A DNA stretch of 64,000 nt from Cyclobacteriaceae bacterium (GTDB lineage Bacteria > Bacteroidota > Bacteroidia > Cytophagales > Cyclobacteriaceae): NCBI GenBank assembly GCA_965243485.1, contig CBDEVP010000001.1, forward strand, positions 5,121,835-5,185,834. The letters run 5' to 3'. This document shows positions 46,833-55,806 of the stretch, one piece after another (within the stretch, counting starts at the first letter, position 1; the number at the start of each line of letters is the position of its first letter). The notes under the pieces are model-generated. The model was not told the DNA's origin, did no database searches, and saw only the letters and a list, made by a program, of their open reading frames with translations. The translations under genes and the position numbers were made by a program.

Positions 46833-47771
46833 TTATAGTTCAATGAAAAATTCCGGAATCATCTCCTTTGCTTTGGGCCTTAATCTCCCGATCAAATCAG
46901 TACTTAAGGACCGGTAAGGCCACCTGAGTCTACAGCCGATATCCGCCCACCCACCAATAGCCGCCAGCATTTTATCAACCGCCTGATTGGAATACTTTTC
47001 ACCAGCAATCAACGGAGCAATGAATCCACTTAAGAATTGATTGATCCTGCTCTCCAGCTCCAGGGCTTTCTCCAGATCTATCAAAATTTGATCGGCCCAA
47101 AGCTGGGCAGCTTTGGGATTGAGACAAGCCATGTTGGAGTAGGCCCCATGACTAACTTTCAACTTGTGGCCGGTGGCAATTTTATGACCGGGTATGAAAA
47201 CAGAGATCTTCTCAGCGACTTTTGTCATTTCCTGATACCAGGAATCATCTCCATCCGCTACTTTAAGGCCCACAAGATGGGGTACATCATATGTTAATTG
47301 AAATAGCTCTGCTGGTGTCAGTCGCTTCTTTGCATGAGGGGGATTATATAGAACGATACCAATCTCACCTGCTGATTCACTCATCTTATTCAAAAAAGTC
47401 ACACATTCCTGGTACGTGGGAAAAAACCAGTCTGGCAAAATCACCTGAACGGCACCTGGTTTCAGGTCGACAGACCTTTTTAGCCGTTCCAAAGAAATGA
47501 CAGGGCTCATGTGACTGACCCCGATCTGAAACGGAATCCCGGCACTGTTGCACTTCTCCGCCAGGAGTATCCCTACCTGATCAAATTCGTCTTCAGTGAG
47601 ATTATAAAATTCTCCGGCAGTACCATTGCAATACATGCCATCAGGGTTGATGGAAATGAAAGCATCTATCTCGGCACTTAGCCTTGAAAAATCGATGGTT
47701 TCATCCTGGTTGATTGGTAATAACACCGTACACCAGTTCCCTTTTATGTCGCCAGCTGACAAAGTCCTCAT
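46833..47771 (-). CDS. DapA/NanA superfamily class I aldolase or dehydratase paralog
   Basis: 312 aa. NGTAGEFYNLTEDEF is a variant of the GxTGE carboxylate-binding motif. The candidate Schiff-base Lys lies in LVGLKVADGD. Divergent from the AraC gene. Confidence 0.65.
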   Translation of the reverse strand: MRTLSAGDIKGNWCTVLLPINQDETIDFSRLSAEIDAFISINPDGMYCNGTAGEFYNLTEDEFDQVGILLAEKCNSAGIPFQIGVSHMSPVISLERLKRSVDLKPGAVQVILPDWFFPTYQECVTFLNKMSESAGEIGIVLYNPPHAKKRLTPAELFQLTYDVPHLVGLKVADGDDSWYQEMTKVAEKISVFIPGHKIATGHKLKVSHGAYSNMACLNPKAAQLWADQILIDLEKALELESRINQFLSGFIAPLIAGEKYSNQAVDKMLAAIGGWADIGCRLRWPYRSLSTDLIGRLRPKAKEMIPEFFIEL

Positions 47772-47891
47772 CGTATTTATGAATTGATAATCACTACTCT
47801 AATGCAGTTCAATGGGAAAATTAAGATCATTTTGATGCAAATAATACGTAATTTATTTGCTAATTTATCTATTTATTTTGATTCTTGCTGA

Positions 47892-48734
47892 ATGGAAACG
47901 AATTTAGTTATCAATGCCGAAGAGAATCTACCCTTTGTGGTGAGGAAAAAGATCGGACCTGAAAAACCCAGACACCTTCATTTTCATCAGAATTATGAAA
48001 TCGGATTTATCATCAAAGGGGGAAACAGATTCATGGTTGACGGACGGTTTTATCCGGCCTTAGATTATGACCTGTTCCTGATTGATAAGAATGTCATTCA
48101 CACTGGTTATGGTCTTCCCGATCAGTCTGTGGAAGCCTATGTTGTTAAATTCCTTGGCCAGCTGGTTTCCCCGTTTACCCAATTTACAGATCTGTTGAGT
48201 GTCTTCAGAAGGTCAGGAATAACCATGCCGCCCAAGATCAATGTTCCCCCAGAACGACGTGAATGGTTTATCAGACAGTTTGAAAAGTTGAGGAACCCCG
48301 GAGAATATGAATCAATGTCTAAACAGGTGATATACCTGTCCGAGCTGCTAATCGCTATCGGAGAACTCACCCAGACTGAGTCTAAAAGAACTTCGGGAAA
48401 CCCATACACCAATATTCTCAATAATCTGATCACTTACATAGAAGACAATCTCAGTGATCCTCTGGAGCTGGAAGGACTTGCCAAAATTGCCGGAATGTCA
48501 AAATTCCACCTGAGTCGCATGTTTAAGCAAGAATTCGGGACGAGTATTTATCAGTACATACTTACCAAAAGGATCAACCGCGCTGTCATTCTTCTGGAAG
48601 CAGACCTGAGCATCACTGAGATATGTGATCAGACCGGCTTTGGAAGCTATCCCAACTTCATCACCCGCTTCAAGCAAATGAAGGGTTTGCCGCCCCTTCA
48701 GTATAAAAACAAACTCATCAAAAAAGACAACTAA
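47892..48734 (+). CDS. AraC family transcriptional regulator (paralog of 26760-27605)
   Basis: 280 aa. Cupin block RHLHFHQNYEIGFIIKGGNRFMVDGRFY parallels the other AraC. C-terminal HTH (AGMSKFHLSRMFKQEFGTSIYQYI). Confidence 0.85.
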   Translation: METNLVINAEENLPFVVRKKIGPEKPRHLHFHQNYEIGFIIKGGNRFMVDGRFYPALDYDLFLIDKNVIHTGYGLPDQSVEAYVVKFLGQLVSPFTQFTDLLSVFRRSGITMPPKINVPPERREWFIRQFEKLRNPGEYESMSKQVIYLSELLIAIGELTQTESKRTSGNPYTNILNNLITYIEDNLSDPLELEGLAKIAGMSKFHLSRMFKQEFGTSIYQYILTKRINRAVILLEADLSITEICDQTGFGSYPNFITRFKQMKGLPPLQYKNKLIKKDN

Positions 48735-48741
48735 CTGATTT

Positions 48742-50193
48742 ATGAGGCTATTATTCTTTCTGGCAATACTCTCCCTTTTGTCATGTGACCAGCAAAATCA
48801 ACCAGGTTTTGTTGAGCGACCCAATGTATTATTTATCGCCATCGACGATATGAATCATTGGACATCGCTTTATGATGATTCAAATCCCATAAAAACTCCC
48901 AATCTAAATAAAATTGCTTCTGAAGGCATATTTTTCAATAAAGCCTATTGCAACTCCCCAGCTTGCAATCCCAGCAGAACTTCTATCCTGAGTGGATTGA
49001 GACCTTCCACTACAGGAGTCTACGGAAATGCTTCCAGTTGGAGAGATGTGCTTTCACCCAGCCAACTCCTTCCTGCTTATTTTAAGCAAAACGGATATCA
49101 AACCTTTACCGCAGGAAAGATATTCCACCACCAAAAGCCTGAACATGCTGACTATACGGTTTTTGATGAAGCACTTCCGTTCCCGGCATGGCCTCCGGAT
49201 GCTCCAATGCCTCCCGAATTACTCAATGGAATGCGTATGCACTATTATCGATCCGGAGATAGCATTGTCAGTAAAAGTCCAAATTTTGACTGGGGAGTCT
49301 GGCCCTCTAAACGGGAAGATTACATTGATCAAAGAACATCAGACTGGGTAGTTAAACATCTGAAGCATATGGATAAAAGCAAGCCATTCTTCATGGCTGC
49401 GGGTATTTTCAGGCCACACGCCCCCACGTTCGCTCCTCAGGAGTTTTTTGATATGTATCCACTCAGTGAAATACAAATGCCAGAGCTGAAAGAGGACGAC
49501 CTGGACGACATTCCTGAAGAAGCATTAAAACTTCTCCACCGACCCAACTACGCCTGGTTTTCGACACTCAGGCACTATGTTCTCAATAAAGACTCCTTGA
49601 TGTATAAAAAGGCCGTACAGGGGTATATGGCAGCTTCCTCATTTTGCGATTATCAGGTAGGCCTGATCCTCCAGGGACTGGAAGAAGCCGGATTTAAAGA
49701 AAACACGATTGTGGTGATCTGGTCGGATCATGGCTATTTCCTGGGACAAAAGGAAAGATGGGAAAAATTTGCACTATACGAGCAAAGTACCCATGTTCCT
49801 CTCATTTTCAGAGCTCCGGGCATATCTGGAGGATCAGACTGTGAAGCACCGGTCAGCCTAATCGATATCTATCCCACGCTTTTGGATCTTTGCAATCTTC
49901 CTGAAAATGAGTGGCTTGAAGGCACCAGCCTTAAAAAATATCTCATCGATCCTGCATCAAGCGGAGATCGACCGGTCATTATTACTTACGAAAAAAATAA
50001 TCATTCCATAAGAAGTGACGACTACAGGTATAATCGCTACGCGAATGGTGCAGAGGAATTATACCATACCACAGAAGACCCCCACGAATGGGTCAATCTT
50101 TCAGGAGATATTGATCATAGAAAAATGATGGATAGTCTGTCACAATGGATCCCAATTCTAAATGCCAACCAAACCAGAAATGCCCTTCCATAA
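48742..50193 (+). CDS. S1 sulfatase, lipoprotein (paralog of 51668-53173)
   Basis: 483 aa with a lipoprotein signal (SLLSC). FIAIDDMNHW and NSPACNPSRTSILSGLRPSTTG (CxPxR). Confidence 0.9.
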   Translation: MRLLFFLAILSLLSCDQQNQPGFVERPNVLFIAIDDMNHWTSLYDDSNPIKTPNLNKIASEGIFFNKAYCNSPACNPSRTSILSGLRPSTTGVYGNASSWRDVLSPSQLLPAYFKQNGYQTFTAGKIFHHQKPEHADYTVFDEALPFPAWPPDAPMPPELLNGMRMHYYRSGDSIVSKSPNFDWGVWPSKREDYIDQRTSDWVVKHLKHMDKSKPFFMAAGIFRPHAPTFAPQEFFDMYPLSEIQMPELKEDDLDDIPEEALKLLHRPNYAWFSTLRHYVLNKDSLMYKKAVQGYMAASSFCDYQVGLILQGLEEAGFKENTIVVIWSDHGYFLGQKERWEKFALYEQSTHVPLIFRAPGISGGSDCEAPVSLIDIYPTLLDLCNLPENEWLEGTSLKKYLIDPASSGDRPVIITYEKNNHSIRSDDYRYNRYANGAEELYHTTEDPHEWVNLSGDIDHRKMMDSLSQWIPILNANQTRNALP

Positions 50194-50204
50194 ACCGTTT
50201 GAAC

Positions 50205-51671
50205 ATGAATAAGATCTTCGGATCACTGATCCTTACTTACATACTGATGAGTTGCAGCAACCATCAGGAAACCACCGAACCCACAAAACCCAATGTGATA
50301 TTATTCCTGATTGATGATCTGGGATATAGCGATCTTGGCTGCTACGGAAGCAAATTTTATGAAACGCCCACAATAGACAGCATCGCATCTGTGGGAGTAA
50401 AATTCACTCAAAATTATTCCGCCTCTACCATCTGTTCACCCACCAGGGCGGCGATCCTGACCGGGAAATATCCCGGGAGGCTGGGGATCACCGGACCTAT
50501 ACCCATCTACGGATATACCAGATGTGAAAATCCAAAGATGATGGATGCTGAATATGAAATGAATCTGCCGCTGGAAGAGATTACGATTGGGGATGCTTTC
50601 AAGGAAGCCGGATATACGACCATGTTCCTTGGTAAATGGCATGTAAATGATGACCCTGAATTATATCCTCAGCACCACGGATTTGATCATGTGGTAGGTA
50701 AAGAAGGTTTTCGATTTGGAGGTCCGGCCAGTTATTTTTCTCCATATAAAGGAAGGTGGCGAATGACCGAAAATCATCCCTGGGTGGAAAAACAGATATT
50801 TTCGGACGGAGATGAAGGAGAGACTGGTGAGTATCTGACCGACCGGTTGACTGATGAGGCGGTCCAATTGATAAAAGCACATAAAGATGAACCGTTTTTC
50901 CTTGATCTTTCCCATTATGCCGTACACGCACCGCTCCAGGGAAAAGAGACTTTAATCGATTATTTCAAGACAAAACCGGCTGATACGATCAGGAGACATG
51001 ATGATGTCCGATATGCGGCGATGATCAAAAGCGTAGATGAAAGTCTGGCGAGCATAATCAGCGCGCTTAAGAAGTTCAACCTGGAAAAAAACACGATCAT
51101 CATGATCGCCTCGGATAATGGTGGCGCCGACCTTGCGACGAACAACTGGCCGTGGCATGGAGTCAAAGGAAATTTCTTTGAAGGAGGCATCCGTGTACCA
51201 TTGATTGTTAGCTGGCCTGGGAAAATAAGACAAGGTTCAGAGACAGATGTGCCTGTGATCAGCACCGATTATTATCCTACCCTGCTGGAGCTTGCAGGAC
51301 TTCCTCAAAAACCCGAACAGACCCTCGACGGCAAAAGCTTTGCGCGATTACTTTTTGAACAACCCCCTACTGAGTTAGAGAATGATTTCAGAAACAGAGA
51401 CCTTTACTGGCATTTTCCCAATTACATTGGTGAAAATAAGTTTGAACCGGCCACACCCAGTACAATTATCCGGACCGGAGACTGGAAGCTGATCCAATCT
51501 CTGGAAGACTCTACTTCGGTACTTTATGATCTTAAAAATGATCCATTAGAATCAAAAGATGTATCAGGAGAAAATCCAGAATTAGTCTCCATGCTCGTTC
51601 AAAAACTGGAGGACCATCGTGAAGAGCAAAAAGTGATGATGCCCAGGCCGAACCCTGATTATCAGCCATGA
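50205..51671 (+). CDS. S1 sulfatase, lipoprotein (paralog of 28468-29919)
   Basis: The ORF track starts at 50145, inside the previous gene. ATG 50205 (MNKIFGSLILTYILMSC) gives a lipoprotein signal. FLIDDLGYSDLGCYG and ASTICSPTRAAILTGKYPGRL. Confidence 0.9.
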   Translation: MNKIFGSLILTYILMSCSNHQETTEPTKPNVILFLIDDLGYSDLGCYGSKFYETPTIDSIASVGVKFTQNYSASTICSPTRAAILTGKYPGRLGITGPIPIYGYTRCENPKMMDAEYEMNLPLEEITIGDAFKEAGYTTMFLGKWHVNDDPELYPQHHGFDHVVGKEGFRFGGPASYFSPYKGRWRMTENHPWVEKQIFSDGDEGETGEYLTDRLTDEAVQLIKAHKDEPFFLDLSHYAVHAPLQGKETLIDYFKTKPADTIRRHDDVRYAAMIKSVDESLASIISALKKFNLEKNTIIMIASDNGGADLATNNWPWHGVKGNFFEGGIRVPLIVSWPGKIRQGSETDVPVISTDYYPTLLELAGLPQKPEQTLDGKSFARLLFEQPPTELENDFRNRDLYWHFPNYIGENKFEPATPSTIIRTGDWKLIQSLEDSTSVLYDLKNDPLESKDVSGENPELVSMLVQKLEDHREEQKVMMPRPNPDYQP

Positions 51672-53173
51672 TCTTAACATTGAAAACCAGAAAAGCCATG
51701 ACTTCATTTGAAGTACTTACTATTTTGATAATCACCCTGTTATTTGGATGCGGCCAGGAAAACGATAATTCTACCAAAGCCCCTCCAAATGTATTGATGA
51801 TCTCGGTTGATGACATGAATGACTGGGTTGGGTATTTGAATGGCTATCCCGGAGTGAAAACACCAAATATTGACAGACTTGCCAAATCTTCAGTGGCCTT
51901 CATGGATGCTCATTGTCCATCACCTAAGTGCGGACCAAGCCGAACTGCCATCCTGACCGGGATGTTGCCATCCACCACCGGCATTTACGACAACGATCAA
52001 TGGTGGGCACCTAATCTTCCAGATGTAGTAACCATGCCATTGCATTTTATGAATAACGGATACAAAGCCTTAGGGGCTGGTAAAGTATTTCACCACACAG
52101 GAGGAAATAATCCACCATCCAATTGGGATGAATACTTCGATCAGGTTTTTGACGATGTCTGGGACAAACGAGTTCAATCCAATTATCTAAAAATTGATCC
52201 CCCTCCTTTTCCGGATTCCATACCACTAAACGGAATACGGCCTCACCAACATGAACTGGACTGGGGGCCATTGTATGAAGACCCAATGGCTTACGGTGAT
52301 GCCAAGGCCGTAGAATGGGGACTCTCTCAGCTTCAAAAATCGCATGAAAAACCATTCTTCCTGGCCGTGGGGCTGTTTCATCCTCACCTTCCCTGGTATG
52401 CGCCATCGGAATTTTTTCATGAATATTCTATTGAGGAAATCGTAACACCTGATACCATTGAAAATGACCTGGATGACATACCGGAGGTAGGTCTGGAACT
52501 GGCAGCTGCAGGAAGAGAAACATTACGAAAAATTGTAGCATCAGATAAATACAGGGAAGCTATTAAGGCTTATCTGGCCAATATTACCTATGCAGATTAT
52601 CTGGTAGGAAAACTTCTGGATGGTTTGGAGATGAGCAAATATGCTGGTAATACCATCGTTGTCTTGTGGTCTGACCATGGATGGCATCTGGGAGAAAAGC
52701 AGCACTGGTACAAGTCTACGCTTTGGCAAAGGGCTACTCATGTACCGTTTATGATCCAGGTGCCTGGCCTTAACCCGAGAAAAGTAAATACTCCTGTCAA
52801 CCTGATCGATCTTTATCCAACTCTGAGTGAGCTATGTCAGCTATCCGAAAATACCGAATTAGAAGGCAATGATCTCACACTACTTTTAAATGGCAGTGAA
52901 GGTAAGGACTCAACCACTTTGATCACCTTCAGAAAAGGCAATCACGCCATACATGATTCCCGATGGAGATATATCAGGTATCATGATGGCGGCGAAGAAC
53001 TCTATGATCATTCAAACGACCCAAATGAATGCATTAATCTGGCAAATGAGCCAAAATATTTCTCCATCATCGAGTCAATGAAATCATTTTTGCCCGAAGT
53101 GAATGCTGAACCCAAACCAGCCAAATCTGCATTCATTTTTAATCCGGATACTTATAACTGGACAACAAAATAA
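51668..53173 (+). CDS. S1 sulfatase, lipoprotein
   Basis: 501 aa with ATGA stop/start overlap with the previous sulfatase. Lipoprotein signal (TLLFGC). ISVDDMNDW and CPSPKCGPSRTAILTGMLPSTTG. Confidence 0.9.
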   Translation: MILTLKTRKAMTSFEVLTILIITLLFGCGQENDNSTKAPPNVLMISVDDMNDWVGYLNGYPGVKTPNIDRLAKSSVAFMDAHCPSPKCGPSRTAILTGMLPSTTGIYDNDQWWAPNLPDVVTMPLHFMNNGYKALGAGKVFHHTGGNNPPSNWDEYFDQVFDDVWDKRVQSNYLKIDPPPFPDSIPLNGIRPHQHELDWGPLYEDPMAYGDAKAVEWGLSQLQKSHEKPFFLAVGLFHPHLPWYAPSEFFHEYSIEEIVTPDTIENDLDDIPEVGLELAAAGRETLRKIVASDKYREAIKAYLANITYADYLVGKLLDGLEMSKYAGNTIVVLWSDHGWHLGEKQHWYKSTLWQRATHVPFMIQVPGLNPRKVNTPVNLIDLYPTLSELCQLSENTELEGNDLTLLLNGSEGKDSTTLITFRKGNHAIHDSRWRYIRYHDGGEELYDHSNDPNECINLANEPKYFSIIESMKSFLPEVNAEPKPAKSAFIFNPDTYNWTTK

Positions 53174-53189
53174 CCTAATACGATCTTAA

Positions 53190-55787
53190 ATGTCATCCAG
53201 CATGCTGCGAACTCATCTCCTTTCCATCACACTTCTTACATTCTTTCTGGTAAACGGACAATCGCCGAAAGAATACTTCACGTGGGAGGAACTTCCATCG
53301 CTACCGGCAGTAGGATCACAATCAGAACCCATTGGCGTAGCTGGCCCCATTGCCGGGATTCACAATGGCGTCATCATTGCCGCCGGTGGAGCAAATTTTA
53401 ACAAACCCTACTGGGAAAATGAAAAGGAATGGCATGATGACATCTGGGTGCTTACAGACGGTCGGTGGGTGAAAAAGGGTAACCTGGAGCATCCGGTCGC
53501 ATACGGTGCGGTAGTGAGTACCAACCTTGGTGTGGTGAATATTGGTGGAAGCGACAGTTCTCAAACGTATGACGAGGTGCTTCTTCTTCAATGGGACCAA
53601 AAGACTGAGTCAGTTTTACAGGAAAAGCTTCCTTCTCTCCCCAGAAAATGTGCCTATGCCGGTGCAACGATTCTGGATAACGTCATTTATGTGGCAGGAG
53701 GCACTGAAACTACAGACCTTCGCTCAGCCATGAAGAATTTCTGGATGCTTGACCTTAGCAGGTACGGACAGGCGGATTTCCAGTGGAAGGAACTGCCCTC
53801 ATGGCCCGGACCGGAACGCGCCCTTAACATTGTGGCTACCCAGCATAACGGTAAAAATAATTGCATCTACGTTTTCAGTGGTCGAAGAGATGATCCTTCA
53901 GCAAAATGGGATGTTCTTGCAGATATGTACGAGTTTGATCCTGCTGCATATCATTCCAGCAAGAATGCCTGGACAAGAAAAGCTGATATCCACATGCCCA
54001 GGATGGCCGGAACCGCTGTACCTATAGGACAGGGCCATCTTTTCGTTCTTGGAGGTGCTGATGGCACCTTATATCATAGAGAAAATGAACTGAAAGAAAA
54101 TCATCCGGGATTCCCGAGACAGATCCTCGCCTATCATACCATTTCCGACACCTGGTTTTCCGCAGGTGAACTACCAGCTAATCATGTAACTACACATGCC
54201 TTCAAAGACGATAAAGGTGCAGCGATCATCGTGAGCGGAGAGGTAAAACCCAGGACCCGGTCACCCAAAGTATGGAAAGCCACACCTGTTCAAACTTCAA
54301 CCACTTTCGGTATGGGCAATAACCTGGCAATCGTTGCCTATCTGCTCATCCTTGTAGGGATTGGCCTCTTCTTTTCATTTAGAAATAAGAGCACAGAAGA
54401 TTTCTTCAGGGGTGGACAGCAAATCCCATGGTGGGCCGCTGGTTGTAGCATTTTTGCCACCATGCTCAGTTCACTAACCTTCATGAGTATACCTGCAAAG
54501 GCCTATGCCACAGACTGGGTTTACTTTCTGATTAATATGCCCATCATTATACTGGCTCCCTTCATCATTCATTACATTCTGCCATTCTTCAGAATGATCA
54601 ATGCGACCAGCGCCTATGAATACCTGGAACTTCGATTCAATCTGGCAGCAAGGCTATTTGCCAGCGCTTCCTATATCTTATTCCAAATAGGACGCATGGC
54701 AATCGTCATGTACCTGCCTTCCCTGGCATTGGCTACGGTTTCACCCATTTCGATTGAAGCAAGCATCCTGATCATGGGAGTACTCAGCATTATCTATTGT
54801 ACCCTGGGTGGATTAGAAGCCGTGATCTGGACGGATACACTTCAAACCTTTGTCTTACTTGGTGGTGCTTTGTTGAGTCTGATACTCGTTCTGGTAAATC
54901 CGGATGTTGGAACCAGCACTTTCTTCAATGTCGCCTTTGATGATCATAAATTCAAAATGGTTGAATTAGAGTGGGACTACATGGGCACAGCCCTGTGGGT
55001 GGTCATCCTCGGAGGATTTGCTCAGCAACTCATCCCTTATTCCTCCGATCAGGGAGTGATCCAACGGTACATGTCCGTATCCTCAAGGCAAAAAGCCGCC
55101 AACTCTATCTGGACCAATGCCGGGCTTTCGCTGTTTGCTACTGTACTTTTTTTTGCAGTAGGCACAGCGCTATATGTCTTTTATAAAAAACATCCTGAGG
55201 CCCTTGATCCTACCTATCAGACGGATGCTGTCTTTCCGTTGTTTATCGCACGACAGCTACCGGTTGGCATTGCCGGGATTGTGATTGCAGGGATCTTTGC
55301 TGCTGCTCAGTCTACCATTTCCACCAGCATGAACAGCATTTCAACAGCATTTACTACCGATTTTATCCGGCGATTCAATAGTCAAAGGACCGAGAAAAGC
55401 TATCTCAACATTGCCCGGATCATCACCCTGGTTTCGGGAGTTCTGGGGACTGTTTTTGCCCTGCTCATTGCCAGTGCAGACATTAAATCCCTTTGGGATA
55501 CTTTCCTCAGCGTCCTGGGATTATTTGGTGGTTCTATGTGTGGTCTATTTATGTTGGGCATTTTTACGACTAAATCCAATGGAAATGGAGCAATGATAGG
55601 AGCTCTGGTTGGTGCTTTGATCCTTTGGTCTGCGCAACAATACACTCAGGTGAGTTTTCTCCTGTATGCGGTCATTGGGATCGGGGCCACTTTCCTCATA
55701 GGATTGATAGCCAGCTACTTTTTCAAGACGCCGCTCAAAGACATCAATGGATTGACCATTTATACCCTGGATAGAAAAAACGAATAA
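53190..55787 (+). CDS. second NanM-like Kelch propeller + SSS symporter fusion protein
   Basis: 865 aa, collinear with 15527-18106. It has a Kelch-type N-terminal half (AAGGANF, NIGGSDS, VAGGTET, FSGRRDD, VLGGADG) and then an SSS permease (EDFFRGGQQIPWWAAGCSIFATMLSSLTFMSIPAKAYATDW). Confidence 0.8.
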   Translation: MSSSMLRTHLLSITLLTFFLVNGQSPKEYFTWEELPSLPAVGSQSEPIGVAGPIAGIHNGVIIAAGGANFNKPYWENEKEWHDDIWVLTDGRWVKKGNLEHPVAYGAVVSTNLGVVNIGGSDSSQTYDEVLLLQWDQKTESVLQEKLPSLPRKCAYAGATILDNVIYVAGGTETTDLRSAMKNFWMLDLSRYGQADFQWKELPSWPGPERALNIVATQHNGKNNCIYVFSGRRDDPSAKWDVLADMYEFDPAAYHSSKNAWTRKADIHMPRMAGTAVPIGQGHLFVLGGADGTLYHRENELKENHPGFPRQILAYHTISDTWFSAGELPANHVTTHAFKDDKGAAIIVSGEVKPRTRSPKVWKATPVQTSTTFGMGNNLAIVAYLLILVGIGLFFSFRNKSTEDFFRGGQQIPWWAAGCSIFATMLSSLTFMSIPAKAYATDWVYFLINMPIIILAPFIIHYILPFFRMINATSAYEYLELRFNLAARLFASASYILFQIGRMAIVMYLPSLALATVSPISIEASILIMGVLSIIYCTLGGLEAVIWTDTLQTFVLLGGALLSLILVLVNPDVGTSTFFNVAFDDHKFKMVELEWDYMGTALWVVILGGFAQQLIPYSSDQGVIQRYMSVSSRQKAANSIWTNAGLSLFATVLFFAVGTALYVFYKKHPEALDPTYQTDAVFPLFIARQLPVGIAGIVIAGIFAAAQSTISTSMNSISTAFTTDFIRRFNSQRTEKSYLNIARIITLVSGVLGTVFALLIASADIKSLWDTFLSVLGLFGGSMCGLFMLGIFTTKSNGNGAMIGALVGALILWSAQQYTQVSFLLYAVIGIGATFLIGLIASYFFKTPLKDINGLTIYTLDRKNE

Positions 55788-55806
55788 AAAATTTAACAGA
55801 CTAATA

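Noticed and set aside
50145-50204. An upstream start for the middle sulfatase that overlaps the previous sulfatase gene by 49 nt.
   Set aside because: ATG 50205 gives MNKIFGSLILTYILMSC, a normal lipoprotein signal matching its paralog at 28468. The upstream 20 aa are polar and lie within the preceding gene.
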